Source: the human T2T-CHM13v2.0 reference genome, Homo sapiens
Length of the DNA stretch: 64,000 nt
Direction: 5' to 3' (one strand)
Assembly: GCF_009914755.1 (NCBI RefSeq)
Contig: NC_060938.1
The notes beneath the pieces were generated by a model. It saw only the letters and a program-made list of their open reading frames with translations, had not been told where the DNA came from and searched no databases. A program made the position numbers and the translations under genes. Positions 1 through 26,301 of the stretch are shown here, in pieces (positions within the stretch are counted from its first letter, which is position 1; each line of letters starts with the position of its first letter).

Positions 1-261
<261 letters not shown>

Positions 262-498
262 TCACAACACAGGCTGAAGTGCAGTGGCACCATCTCGGCT
301 CACAGCAGCCTCCAGCCCAGGCTGGAGTGCAGTGCAGCAGGCTGGTCTCGAACTCCTGACCTCAGGTGATCTGCCTTCCTCGGCCTCCCAAAGTACTAGG
401 ATTACAGGCGTTAGCCAGTGCACCTGGCTCTCCCCTCCTTTATTGAGGAAGTTTCAACGTTGTCACATACATGCACACTGCTTACTCACACAAAGTCA

Positions 499-723
<225 letters not shown>

Positions 724-779
724 CTATCCAAAAAAAAAAAAAAAAAAAAAAAAGTCAACATTGTGATAATACACATTCA

Positions 780-960
780 TGCAGTCAAGTTTCTGATGTC
801 CACGGCAACAGAAGAAAAGTCTGTCCCAGCTCTCAGAGAGACCAAATTGTCTTCTGTATTTGTTCTTTCTGGGCCGATCGGATGGTGCCCACCAACACTG
901 AGGGCAGATCTTCCCAACCCAGTGCACTAGGAATCACACAGTAATCTGCTCTGGAAACAT
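780..960. mobile_element. MLT2-like ERVL LTR fragment
   Basis: GGATGGTGCCCACC...GAGGGCAGATCTTCCC...CTCTGGAAACA resembles MLT2. Recognised from memory only. Confidence 0.5.
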
Positions 961-1010
961 CTTTAAGCATCAAACCTTAAAGAAGGTAATACTTGTTAAG
1001 ATTTCATGTA

Positions 1011-1326
<316 letters not shown>

Positions 1327-1356
1327 GATTTCATGTAGTACCAAAGAAGAATATCA

Positions 1357-1664
<308 letters not shown>

Positions 1665-2544
1665 TTATTAATTAAATGGGGGTATTAAAGCAAAAAATAT
1701 TCAGAACTAGATAATAAAAGAAAGTCTCAAAAAATTTCAAATAAGTTATAGCATACTAACAATGGTCTCTATTCAAAACAATTAAATAATCTATCAACTA
1801 GAGCCTCGAACTTCTGGGTTCAAGTAGTTCTCCTGCCTCAGTCTTCTAAATACTTGGGACTATAGGCACATGCCACCGCACCTGGCAAAAGATAGATACA
1901 TTTTAAAAGTCCTATATATGTTTAGAAATTATAAAAGAAGGCCAGGCGTCATGGCTCACACCTGTAATCCCAGCATTTTGGGAGGCTGAAGCAGGAGGAT
2001 CATGAGGTCAGGAGTTTAAGACCAGCCTGGCCAACATAGTGAAACCCCGTCTCTACTAAAAATACAAAAAATTAGCTGGGGTTGGTGGTGGGCACCTGTA
2101 ATCCCAGCTACTTGGGAGGCTGAGGCAGGAGAATCCCTTGAAATCCATGAGGCAGAGGTTGCAGTGAGCTGAGATCGCGCCACTGCACTCCAGCCTGGGC
2201 GACAGTGCAAGACTGTCTCAAAAAAAAAAAAAAAATGCTGGGCGTGGTGGTTCACGCCTGTAATCCCAGCACTTTGGGAGGCCGACGGGGGTGGATCACG
2301 AGGTCAGGGGATCGAGACCATCCTGGCTAATAGGGTGAAACCCCGTCTCTACTAAAAATACAAAACAAAATTAGCCAGGCATTGTGGCAGCTGCCTGTAA
2401 TCCCAGCTACTCAGGAGGCTGAGACAGGGGAATTGCTTGAACCCGGGAGGCAGAGGTTGCACAGTGAGCGGAGATCATGCCACTGCGCCACTGTACTCCA
2501 GCCTGGGCAACAGAGCGAGACTCTGTCTCAAAAAAAAAAAAAAT

Positions 2545-3300
<756 letters not shown>

Positions 3301-3426
3301 GATGAATTGGCTAGGCGCGATGGCTCACGCCTGTAATCCCAGCACTTTGGGAGGCTGAGGCAGGCAGATCACTTGAGGTCAGGAGTTCGAGACCAGCCTG
3401 GCCAACATGATGAAACCCTGTCTCTA

Positions 3427-3603
<177 letters not shown>

Positions 3604-4215
3604 TTAATTAATTACATAAAATCCTGATAAATCATCCTGATAAATGGTCATTTATCAAAATGAATTCAGAAAGAAAATCTTTTTTTTTTTTTTTTTTTTG
3701 AGACAGCTCTCGCTCTGTCACCCAAGCTGGAGTGCAGTGGCCCAATCGCAGCTCAGTGCAATTTCTGCCTCCTGGGTTCAAGCGATTCTCCTACCTCAAG
3801 CAATTCCCTCCTGCCTTGGCTTCCTAAAGTGCTGGGATTACAGGTGTGAGCCATCATGCTTGGTGTATGCTTGTTTATTTTTATTTTCATTTTATTTTTT
3901 AAATTTTCTCATAGAGACAGGGTTTCACCATGTTGGTCAGGCTGGTCCCGAACTCCTGACCTCAAGTGATCTGCCCGCCTCGACCTCCCAAAGTGCTGGG
4001 ATTACAGGTGTGAGCCACCGTGCCTGGTCATCATATTAAATTTATAACAAACTATCTTCAATCAATAAAAACTGAGCTTAGGCTGGGAGAAGTGGCTCAC
4101 GCCTGTAATACCAGTACTTTGGGAGGCCGAGGCGGATGGATTGCCTTAGGTCGGGAGTTCAAGACCAGCCTGACTGACATGGAGAAACCCCGTCTCTACT
4201 AAAAATACAAAATTA

Positions 4216-4359
<144 letters not shown>

Positions 4360-4447
4360 TCAAAAAAAAAAAAAATCAACTGAGCTTAAATAGCATATAA
4401 AACCCTGTTCCTATATAGCTATCTCCCTCTCCTTTATGTTGTGATGA

Positions 4448-4988
<541 letters not shown>

Positions 4989-5790
4989 TGAGACGGAGTC
5001 TCGCTCTGTCGCCCAGGCTGGAGTGCAGTGGAGCAATCTTGGCTCACTGCACGCTCTGCCTCCCAGGTTCACGCCATTCTCCTGCCTCAGCCTCCTGAGC
5101 AGCTGGGACTACAGGCACCCACTACCATGCCTGGCTAAATTTTTGTATTTTTAGTAAAGACTGGGTTTCACCGTATTAGCCAGGATGGTCTCTATCTCCT
5201 GACCTCGTGATCTGCCCGCCTCAGCCTCCCAAAGTGCTGGGATTACAGGCGTGAGCCACCATGCCCGGCCCAGGTGATTTTTTATTTGTGTTTGTATTAT
5301 ATAGAGATAGGGTCTCCCTGTTGCCCAGGCTGGCCTCAAACTCCTGGGCTCAAGGGGTCCTCCTGCCTCAGCCTCCCAAAGTGCTACGATTATAGGCATG
5401 AGCCACTGTGCTGGTCCAAAGTGATGTTTATGGGTAAAATCACTGAGAACTTTCCAGTAGAAGTGGGATGAGGGTCCGATGGAGGAGTGGTTGTTGGTTG
5501 GGGGGGACCTGGAAAGGAAGTAAGGTTTGCAATGACAGTAATACAGAAGATCTTGCAAAGTACGACATGGCAAACACAGATTACAAGTAATAGACTGGTA
5601 GTGCTATTCTGCAGTGTATTACCTGGCTATAAATGGAAACATTTAAAGAATGTATAAAAAATAAAAATGGGCCGGACAAGGTGGCTCATGCCTGTAATCC
5701 CAGCATTTTTGGAGGCCAAGGCAGGTGAATCACCTGAGGTCAGAAGTTGCAGACCAGCCTGGCCAACATGGTGAAACCCCATCTCTACTA

Positions 5791-5949
<159 letters not shown>

Positions 5950-6311
5950 TCAAAAAATATAGATAAATAAAAAATAAAGTAAAAAAATAAAAATAGAAGC
6001 CGGGTGCCGTCACGCCTGTAATCTCAGCACTTTGGGAGGCCGAGGCAGGTGGATCACTTGGGGCCAGGAGTTCAAGACCAGCCTGGCCAACATGGTGAAA
6101 CCCCATCTCTACTAAAAATACAAAAATTAGCCAGGTGTCCCAGCTACCCAGGAGGTGGAGGTTGCAGTGAGCTGAGAGCTGAGATCACGCCACTGCACTC
6201 CAGCCTGGGCGACAGATCAAGATTCTGTCAAAAAAAGAAAAAGAAAAGGGCCAGGTGCAGTGGCTCATGCCTGTAATCCCAGCACTTTGGGAGGCCGAGG
6301 CGGGCAGATCA

Positions 6312-6614
<303 letters not shown>

Positions 6615-6694
6615 TTATAAAAATTATGAAGTACAATAGCCATTTTTTTTTTTCTGAGACAGAGACTCGCTCTGTCGTCCAGGCTGGAGTGTAG

Positions 6695-6971
<277 letters not shown>

Positions 6972-7251
6972 TAGAAATTATCAGTTTTCTGTCCCCACCT
7001 CATTCATACAAACACTCCGTAACTGGTTCCAGCTCTCTTTACACATAGCTTGTAGAAAACATAGAAGGGTAGGAGGTGAGGAAAGCATCTTTTCTCTTAT
7101 GGAATATGCAGAGGTCCCCCTCAAGCTTTGTTGACACCTGATCTCTGTAGGAGACTACTGCTCTTGTCTAGTATTTTCATTTTATAGATGAGAAAACTGG
7201 GCCTCAAAGGAACAGACTTGTCCAAGATTAGCATAGCAGAGCCTGAGTTAA

Positions 7252-7686
<435 letters not shown>

Positions 7687-7793
7687 TGAAAATACACAGA
7701 TGCCTACAATGCAATTTCCCCTCAAGCTGCCACTGGTTTTTATATTAATACCCCAAAAAATTATATCTTGGTTGTTTGCAACAGAAGTAATAA

Positions 7794-7949
<156 letters not shown>

Positions 7950-8313
7950 TAAGTAGCTAGGATTACAGGCGCCCACCACCAGGCCTGGCTAATTTTTGTA
8001 TATTTAGTAGAAATGGGGTTTCACCATGTTAGCCAGGCTGCCCTGGAACTCCTGACCTCAAGTGATCAGCCCAGCTAGGTCTCCCAAAGTGCTGGAATTA
8101 CAGGGGTGAGCCACCACACCCGGCCAGAATTTTTAAGTCTAGTCAGAAGGGGAGGTTGCTTTCCCTCACCATAAATTTATATTTTAAAATGTGCATTCAT
8201 TAAGTTTAGAATACTGGTAAGTGTACTCCTTTTCAGAAAAGGACCTTTATTACTTAAAGCATCTGACAGTACCTACTCCATGCAATTGTTTGTTTCTTTG
8301 TTGTTTGTTTTGA

Positions 8314-8538
<225 letters not shown>

Positions 8539-8715
8539 TGATCCACCCGCCTTGACCTCCCAAAGTGCTGGGATTACAGGCAGGAGCCAAAGCTACCAGC
8601 CTATTCCACGCAATTGTAACAGTTACTAAATACTGTCATTCATCATGTGGGGTGGGGGTGAATAAAGATACATCTTAGCAAAAACAATACAGACAATTCA
8701 GGAAAGAGTTTCCAG

Positions 8716-8811
8716 TTTAATTACATCAAAGCTATATCCAAAATAAAAATAACACTCAGAAACAAAGATTGCTTATAATTCCAGAACATTTTAATTCTAC
8801 AGAGCTTTAAT
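8716..8811 (-). terminator. EAPP: Candidate EAPP poly(A) signals (ATTAAA x3)
   Basis: tttaat on the + strand at 8716-8721, 8790-8795 and 8806-8811, i.e. 260-350 nt after the stop codon. Which one is used cannot be told from sequence. Confidence 0.5.
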
Positions 8812-9068
8812 AAAAAGCCCGACAGTTTCCAAATGTTCATCAAAAACAGAATGAATATCAGTCCCATCAATAAGGGGGAAAATCAAAGAAAAAAAAAAGG
8901 AGAGGGTGAGAGATGTAAGAGATGAATGAAGGTTGACAACTATTCTCCTTTAAAAAGAGAAACACTGCTTCCTCAATGTCACTGAAGGATATGAACAGGC
9001 AAGAGGAAAGTAACTGTCCATATTTGCCTTATATACAGTATTGGGTAATTAAATGCCAGTTGGGCTGT

Positions 9069-9345
9069 TTAGGAATGGCTTGCTAAAACATTGAAAAAAT
9101 GAAAGACTTCATCCTTGTCGTAGACTGCCACTTCAGTGGAACATTCAGTGCACATGACTGGGTGATAGATTTCTTCCACATCTGTCTCTGCCTTCTCGGC
9201 AGCATCTTCCCGGTTAGACCTCATCTTCTTATGGACCCGCCTTTTCTTCCTGTTCTCTGAGGCTTTATATCTTAGAACCTCCTCTTTGTTAATAGAACAA
9301 TTCATTACAAACATTGCTCTATATTGAGTTTTGTATGATTCATGC
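9069..9345 (-). CDS. EAPP: EAPP final coding exon 6 (RHESYKTQYRAMFVMNC...CTEC...NVLASHS*)
   Basis: Acceptor TTTTCTCTTAG ending at 9346, stop TAA at 9071-9069. Exon total 74+182+96+118+111+277 = 858 nt = 285 aa + stop. Confidence 0.97.
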
Positions 9346-9649
9346 CTAAGAGAAAAATGAAATGGAGAATTGGGGTTTATGTTCTATGTTAATAGTTTAT
9401 CCATTTAGATAAAATTTGAGAATACCAAAAACTTACTGAAATACCAACCAAAGACAAGACACAGGAACAAAACAGCAAGTTTAAAGAAATTTTAAACAGT
9501 TGTTTTAAGAATAATTAAAACTTGTGAACACAGCTCACTGCAGCCTTGAACTCTTAGCCTCAAGTGATCCTCCTGCCTCAGCCTCCCTGGTAGCTGGGAT
9601 TACAGGCACAAGCCACTGCACCAGGCAGAAGAAACATTTTAGTATGTAA

Positions 9650-9933
<284 letters not shown>

Positions 9934-10026
9934 TGATCTGCCCGCCTCGGCCTCCCAAAGTGCTGGGATTTCAGGCGTGAGCCACCGCACCCAGACGATT
10001 CTATTTCTTTTTTTTTTTTTTTTTGA

Positions 10027-10266
<240 letters not shown>

Positions 10267-10309
10267 TAAAGTGCTGGGATTACAGGCATGAGCCACCGTG
10301 CCTAGCCTG

Positions 10310-16265
<5,956 letters not shown>

Positions 16266-17186
16266 TGAGCCACCACGCCCAGCCCGTTTTTTTTTTTTTT
16301 TTGGAGAGAGAGATGGGGATCTCACCTTTGTTTTGTTGCCCAGGCTGGAGTGCAGTGGTGGTCACAGCCCACTGCAGTCTTGAATTCTTGAGCTCAAGCC
16401 ATCCTCTCACCTCAGCCTATCGAGTAGCTGGGTCTACACGCATACATCACTATACTCAGCTAATTTTTTATTTTTTTATTTTTTGTAGAGATGAGGTATC
16501 ACTATGTTGCCTAGGCTGGTCTCAAACTCCTAGGCTCAAGTGATCGCCTTAGCCTCCCATAGCACTGGGATTACAGGCATGAGTCACTGTGCCCAACTTT
16601 AAAAGTATAAAAGCTACATTTAATATAACTATATATAATCAAAATTAATTGTATAAAGATTAGTCACACAGCACCAAGAATCTAAGTACAGAACTTTATC
16701 AGAATTCCTGAGTACCTCAAAAGTCTGTTTCTGGGCTGGGCACAGTGGCTCACGCATGTAATCCCAGCACTTTGGGAGGCCGAGGTGGGCAGATCACTTG
16801 AGGTCAGGAGTTCAAGACCAACCTGGCCAACATGGTGTGACCCTGTCTCTACTAAAAATATAAAAATAAGGCCGGGCGTGGTAGCTCACAGCTGTAATCC
16901 CAGCACTTTGGGAGGCCAACGCAAGTGGATCACAAGGTCAGGAGTTCAAGATCAGCCTGGCCAAGATGGTGAAACCCTGTCTGTACTAAAACTACAAAAA
17001 TTAGCCGGGTGTGGTGGCAGGCACCTGTAATCCCAGCCACTTGGAGGCTGAGGCAGAAGAATCACTTGAACCTGGGCAGCAGAGGTTGCAGCGAGCCAAG
17101 ATTGCACCACTATACTCCAGCTTGTACGACAGAGTGAGACTTCATCTCAACAAAACAAAACAAAACTATATCTATCTATCTATCTA

Positions 17187-17396
<210 letters not shown>

Positions 17397-17413
17397 CTAA
17401 TTTAAACAAAATA

Positions 17414-17417
<4 letters not shown>

Positions 17418-17444
<27 letters not shown>
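17418..17444 (+). repeat. (TG)13 microsatellite, read as (AC)13 at +15 of EAPP intron 5
   Basis: Read directly from the sequence. Confidence 0.95.
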
Positions 17445-17458
17445 CCTTCATCCATTAC

Positions 17459-17569
17459 CTTTGGCAATCAAGGCAAAGTGTGGTCATGCAGGCAGGACAA
17501 TTCAAGACAGCATCACTATTTGGAACAGGCTGTTGTTGACGTGATCTCTGTGGTCCCAAACCATGGTAA
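17459..17569 (-). CDS. EAPP: EAPP coding exon 5 (GYHGLGPQRSRQQQPVPNSDAVLNCPACMTTLCLDCQ)
   Basis: Acceptor CTAG ending at 17570, donor AG|GTAATG at 17458. 111 nt. CxxC motifs CPAC and CLDC. Confidence 0.95.
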
Positions 17570-17604
17570 CTAGAACAGAAGAAGAAAGTGGGGAGAAAAA
17601 CATA

Positions 17605-18850
17605 TTAAAACCAGATCTTGGTTTCTAGTGTCATTTTCCAATAAAAAGAACCAGTACTATTCAGAGAAATGGCTAATTCTAGGAATAAGGAACACAAGAT
17701 GAACCTGGAGCATCTTTTAGTGCCAGAAAAGAAGGAAGTAATCAAGAAAACAAAAACAAAACAGTGAGGTGGTTATGACAAAGGGAAACAGGAGCCAACT
17801 GAACAAGTCACCAACTGCCAAAGCTGAAACTGAGCAACAAAATAAAGTAGGACTGGATTACAACCCAAAGTATAAATACCCACGAATCCACGCTAATATA
17901 AATGTACTGAATAAATAAATAAATGGAGGAGAACAGACAAATCCCCACACAGAATTCTAAATAATCTATAAAGATGCTCTTCCCTCACAGTGGTGGAGTA
18001 TAACTCCCTAGTCCTTAAGTCTGGGTTGGACACAGTGACTTCCTTCCAAAGAGTACGGTATGGTAAGGCGGGGTAAAAGACTAACTTTACAGTAGAGAAA
18101 GTTAACACTGGTCAGCAAGGTGATCGAGGTCAATACCAACACACAAAACTCAGGTTGGTAGTATGTACTCTTGATATAATGTGAGGAAAATGGCTCTCTA
18201 CTTCTATGTTCTTACTTATAAAAATCCATAATCCCATCCTAATTATGAGAAAAAACAACAGACAAATTCCAACAGAGGGGCCTCCTACATAGACCTGATT
18301 AGTGCTCCTCAAAGTAATTAAGGGCACTGAAAACAAGGAAAGTCTAAGAAACTGACAGAGTCAAGAAGAGCCCAGGGAGACATGACAACTAAAAGTGATG
18401 TACTATCCTACACGGGGTCCTCAAACAGAAAAAGAACAGTACATAAAAACTAAGGAAATGTTTTAAAATTATGGACTTTGATTAATAATAATGTATCAAG
18501 GCCGGGCTCGGTGGCTCACGCCTGTAATCCCAGCACTTTGGGAGGCCGAGGCGGGCGGATCACGAAGTCAAGAGATCAAGACCATCCTGGCCAACATGGT
18601 GAAACCCCATCTCTACTAAAAAAATACAAAAATTAGCTGGGCGTGGTGGCACATGCCTGTAGTCCCAGCTACTCAGGAGGTTGAGGCAGGAGAATCGGTT
18701 GAACCCAGGAGACGGAGCTTGCAGTGAGCCGAGATCACGCCACTGCACTCCAGCCTGGGCGACAGAGCGAGACTCTGTCTCCAAAAAAATAAAAAATAAA
18801 AAAAATAATAATGTATCAATATTAGTCCATTAATTGTGACAAGTGTACCA
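17605..18850 (+). mobile_element. L1MC/L1MD-type 3' end fragment interrupted by an AluY at about 18500-18805
   Basis: Resembles L1M 3' UTR sequence. Alu TSD taataatgtatcaa. Confidence 0.55.
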
Positions 18851-20304
18851 AAAATAAAAGTCCATGAATTTTTTAAAAACAGTAAAGCTACATTAAAAAA
18901 CAAGCACACAGGCTGGGCATGGTGGCTCACGCCTGTAATCCCAGCACTTTGGGAGGCTGAGGTGGGTGGATCACAAGGTCAGGAGTTCAAGACCAGCCTG
19001 GCTAACATGGTGAAACCCCGTCTCTACTAAAAATACAAAAATTAGCTAGGCATGGTGGCGGGTACCTATAATCTCAGCTACTTGGGAGGCTGAGGCAGAG
19101 AACTGCTTGAACCCAGGAGGTGGAGGTCACAGTGAGCCGAAATTGCGATACTGCACTCCAGCCTGGGCAACAGAGCGAGACTCTGTCCCAAAAAAACAAA
19201 AACAAAAACAAGCATAGAGCCAGGCTGGAATTACACCTGTAATCCCAGGCCAAGGTGGGCAGATCACTTGAGCCTAGGAGTTTGAGACCAGCCTGGGCAA
19301 CATGGTGAAACCCTGTCTCTATAAGAAAATAAAAAAAAAAATGAAAATAAAAATAAACAAGCATAAACCGGGCATGGTGGCTCACACCTTTAATCCCAGC
19401 ACTTAAGGAGGCCAAGGTAGGAGGGGATTGCTTGAGCCCAGGAGTTTAAGATCAGCCTGGGCAACATAGCAAGACCTTGTGTCTATTAAAAATTAAATTA
19501 GAAACAAAAAAAACAAGCATGGACTCAGGAGGCTGAGGCAGGGGGATCATTTGAGCCCAGGAGTTCAGGGCTACATTGAGGTATGATAGCATCAGTGCAC
19601 TACAGTCTGGGCAACACAGCAAGACCCTGTCTTTAAATTAAAAAAAAAATGACCGGGTGCGGTGGCTCATGCCTGTAACCCCAACACTTTGGGAGGCCGA
19701 GGCAGGTGGATCATCTGAGGTCAGGAGTTCGAGACCAGCCTGACCAACATGGAGAAACCCCATCTCTACTAAAAATACAAAATTAGCCAGGTGCAGTGGC
19801 ACATGCCTGTAATCCCAGCTACTCAGGAGGCTGAGACAGAAGAATCGCTTGAACCTGGGAGGAGGAGGTTGCGGTGAGCCAAGATCACATTTGCACTCCA
19901 GCCTGGGCAACAAGAGCAAAACTCCGTCTCAAAAAAAAAAAAAAAAAAATGGCCTGGCACAATGGCTCACACCTGTAATGCCAGCACAGGAGGTGAAGAC
20001 AGGAGGATCACCTGGGGCCAGGAGTTCAAGATCACCTTGGGCAACACAGCTAGACCTCTCTATTAAAAAAATTTTTTTAATTAGCCAGGTGGTGTGTGCC
20101 TATAGTCCCAGCTACTCAGAAGGCTGAGGTGGGAGGAGTGCTTGAACCCGGGAGGCGGTGTGTGCCTACAGTCACAGCTACTCAGGAAGCTGAACCAGGA
20201 GGAGTGCTTGAGCCCAGAAGTTTGAGGATACTGTGAGCTATAACTGCACCACTGCACTCCAGCCCAGGCATCTCTTAAAAAAAGGTGGGGGCAGAGGGTG
20301 TGGA

Positions 20305-20740
20305 AACAACACAAACATCCATCCCTCAGTGGATGAAAGGATAAACAAATTGTGGTATACACATACAATGGGATACTATTCAGTCATAAAAAGTAGAGAA
20401 GTACTGACATGTGCTAAAATGTAGATGAACTTCAAAAGCACTATGCCCAGTGAAAGAAGCCAGATATAAAAGGTCACATACTGTATAATATCCCATTCAT
20501 AAGAAATATCTAAAATAAGCAAATCCACAGAGACAGTGCACAGATCAGTGGCTGCCAAGGGGCTGAGGGGAAGGGTAGGGAAACTACCTAACAGTACAGC
20601 GTTTCCTTTTGGGATGATGAAAATGGTTGAAACTACATAAAAGTGGTGGCTGTGCAACATTGTGAATGGTATTAAATGCCACTAAATTGTTCACTTTTAA
20701 AGTGGGTACTTTTGTTATGTGAATTTTATCTCAAAAAAAA
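20305..20740 (+). mobile_element. L1MB-type 3' end
   Basis: GGATAAACAAATTGTGGTATACACATACAATGG...TGTGAATTTTATCTCAAAAA is a typical L1M terminus. Confidence 0.75.
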
Positions 20741-21110
<370 letters not shown>

Positions 21111-21208
21111 TAAAAATCAAATTTGTAAGTAGTTAAAAAGAACAATTTGCTAAATCCACTCTTCATCCACAAAACCCTTTTTTTTTTTTTTTTTTTTTTT
21201 TGAGATAG

Positions 21209-21307
<99 letters not shown>

Positions 21308-21635
21308 TGAGTAGCTGGAATTACAGGTGTGCGCCACTATGGCCCCACTAATTTTTGTATTAGTAGAGACAGAGTTTCACTATGTTCGCCAGGCTGGTCT
21401 CAAACTCCCGACCTCAGGTGATCCACCTGCCTCGGCCTCCCAAAGTTGCTGGGATTACAGGTATAAGCCACCACCCTGGCCCATCCACATAAACTCTTAA
21501 TCTCAAAGTAATTTAAAACAGCATCTGAAAAAAAAAGTCAGTTTTTCTTGAGGGAGAGATTGACTAACGCAGCCTAAATTCAACAAGTTTAAAAAAAAAC
21601 AAAAAAACAATTGTCGGGCTGGATGCAGTGGCTCA

Positions 21636-21938
<303 letters not shown>

Positions 21939-22119
21939 TCACTAAAATTTGCTGGTTATTTTCAAAATAAACTACTGAGCAGTTTTTTCCTCTAACTTTT
22001 TTGTTTGTGTGTGTGTGTTTGTGTAAACATATACACATATATTCAAAATGTGAATGTAGTAAAAATCATCTTTCAATCTTTTTTTCTAAAGATTCTAAAT
22101 ATTAACTTTAAGTTCTTAC

Positions 22120-22237
22120 CCCCTTCTCTGTGCATCAACCCAGGCCTGATCTCTGTTATCTTTTTCAGGATCATACAGTAATTCGTCATTTGTTGGAATC
22201 TTGTGTTGTTTCTTCTTTTTTTTCTTGGTCACCTGTA
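22120..22237 (-). CDS. EAPP: EAPP coding exon 4 ([39 protein letters not shown])
   Basis: Acceptor TAG at 22240-22238, donor GG|GTAAG at 22119. 118 nt. Contains a basic NLS-like K-run. Confidence 0.95.
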
Positions 22238-22334
22238 CTAATTTTGAAAATATTAGGATATGGCTAAGAATCATGTGTCAAGTTCACACTTCTTTAAATG
22301 AAGAGTCTCATTTCCCAAGCTACACATTTATTTA

Positions 22335-22960
<626 letters not shown>

Positions 22961-24650
22961 TCAAAAAAAAAAAGTTAAAAAAAACCCTTCATCTAAACAA
23001 GTGCTTGTCCAGGTAGGGTGCGGTAGCTCACAACCTATAATCCTAGAGCTTTGAGGGGCTGAGACAAGAGGATCGCTTGAGGCCAGGAGTTCAAGACCAG
23101 CCTGGCCAGCATAATGAGACCCCATCTCTACAAAAATAAAAATTAAAAATTAGCCAGGCACACCTGTAGTCCTAGCTACTAGGGAAGCTGAGCTGGGAGG
23201 ATGGCTTGAGCCTAGGAGTCTGAGGATGTAGTGAGCTATAATTGCACCACTGCACTGCTGGAGACTGGGTAAGAGTGAGACCTATCTCTAAAAAAGTAAA
23301 AAATTTAACAAAAATTTAAAAAATAAAGTTCTTCTCCAACTAATAAGGCATTAAAATGACAGAGGAGGCAAAAATTGTTTATTTACCCAAAACTGGTATC
23401 TCAAGGACTAAGTTCAAACAATGAGAATTCAGAGACTCAAAAGAGCCACTCAAAACAAGCCAAGAATAGAAATTATTTATGATGTATGAATATATATATA
23501 AAATGCTACTAAAATTAGAACAAAAATATTTCAAAAGTGAATTAAAAAAAACAGTATGAGGTCAGATACAGTGGCTCACATCTGTAATACCAGCACTTTG
23601 GGAGGATTGCTTGAAGCCAGGAATTTGACACCAGCCTAAGCAACAAAGCAAGACCCAATCTTTACCAAAAAAAAAAAAAAAAAAAAAAGAAAGAAAGAAA
23701 GGAAGAGGAAAAAAACAAAAAAAAAGAGAAAAAAAAAAACTATGGCCATCTACATACACTAGACTTTTTGAATGTATTCTAGCAGGCAGGGAGTGGTGGC
23801 TCATGCCTGTAATCCCAGAACTTTGGGAGGCCAAAGTGGGCAGACAACCTGAGATCAGGAGTTTCAAACCAGCATGACCAACATGGCGAAATCCTGTCTC
23901 TTCTAAAAATACAAAAAGTAACCGGGTATGGTAGCTTGTGCCTGTAGTCCCAACTACCAGGAAGGCTGAGGCACCAGAATCGCTTGAACCCAGGAGGCAG
24001 AGGCTACAGTGAGCCAAGACTGTGTCACCGCACTCCAGCCTGGGTGACAGAGTGGGACTCTGCCTAAAAAATAAATAAACAAGGCTGGGCGCGGTGGCTC
24101 ATGCCTGTAATCCCAGCATTTTGGAAGCCTGAGGCGGGCGGATCACGAGGTCAGGAGATCGAGACCATCCTGGCTAACACAGTGAAACCCCATCTCTACT
24201 AAGAATGCAAAAATTTAGCCGGGCGTGGTGACGGGCACCTGTAGTCCCAGCTACTCAGCAGGCTGAGGCAGGAGAATGGTGTGAACCCAGGAGGCAGAGC
24301 TTGCAGTGAGCTGAGATGACGCCACTGCACTCCAGCCTGGGCGATAGAGCGAGACTTTGTCTCAAAATAAATAAATAAATAAACAAACACATACATTCTA
24401 ACAGGTCAATATTTAAGTAACAATGCATAAAAGTATAATATTGTTCTTTACCACAGAAATTTGCTATTTGAATATTTCATTGTAATTACTGAAATAATTA
24501 GTTTTAGCTCTTGTTATGTTCAACTTTGCTCAAATTTTATAAAAATTCAATTTTCAGGCCGGGCACAGTAGCTCACGCCTGTAATCCCAACACTTTGGGA
24601 GGCCGAGGTGGGTGGATCACAAGGTCAGGAGATCAAGACCATCCTGGCTA

Positions 24651-25250
<600 letters not shown>

Positions 25251-25350
25251 TTAAAACATAGAAACTATTTTCAGGCATGAAAACAAATATTGCTACTATA
25301 GGAAACCTAAAGGAAGATGGGGGAAAAGCCCTGAGGAGGGGAGGTATTGA

Positions 25351-25560
<210 letters not shown>

Positions 25561-25756
25561 TGAGTAGCCGGGATTACAGGTGCATGGCACCAAGCCTGGC
25601 TAATTTTTTTGTATTTTTAATAGACATGGGGTTTCACCATGTTGGCAAGACTGGTCTAGAACTCCTGACCTCAGGCAATCTGCCCACCTCTGCCTCCCAA
25701 AGTGCTGGGATTACAAGCGTGAGCCACCATGCCCAGCCCCCAGTTTTTCTTATTAA

Positions 25757-26091
<335 letters not shown>

Positions 26092-26205
26092 TAGCTGTAA
26101 TTTCTTAAAAGACCAAACTCAGAGGGAAATCCTAACATCTAATAATTGTTAGGTAAACCTTTTTTATAAAATATAACTGCTAAACCTGGTAAATAGGTTA
26201 CTTAC

Positions 26206-26301
26206 CTGCTCTGTCTTCATCCTCGGAATCAGAATCAAAATATATATCATCGTAGTACCTTGTCGGAGCTGTTGCAACTTTTCCATTTCCTGAGGAAGAT
26301 C
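26206..26301 (-). CDS. EAPP: EAPP coding exon 3 (GSSSGNGKVATAPTRYYDDIYFDSDSEDEDRA)
   Basis: Not in the ORF track; read by hand. Acceptor TAG at 26304-26302, donor G|GTAAG at 26205. 96 nt. Confidence 0.95.
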
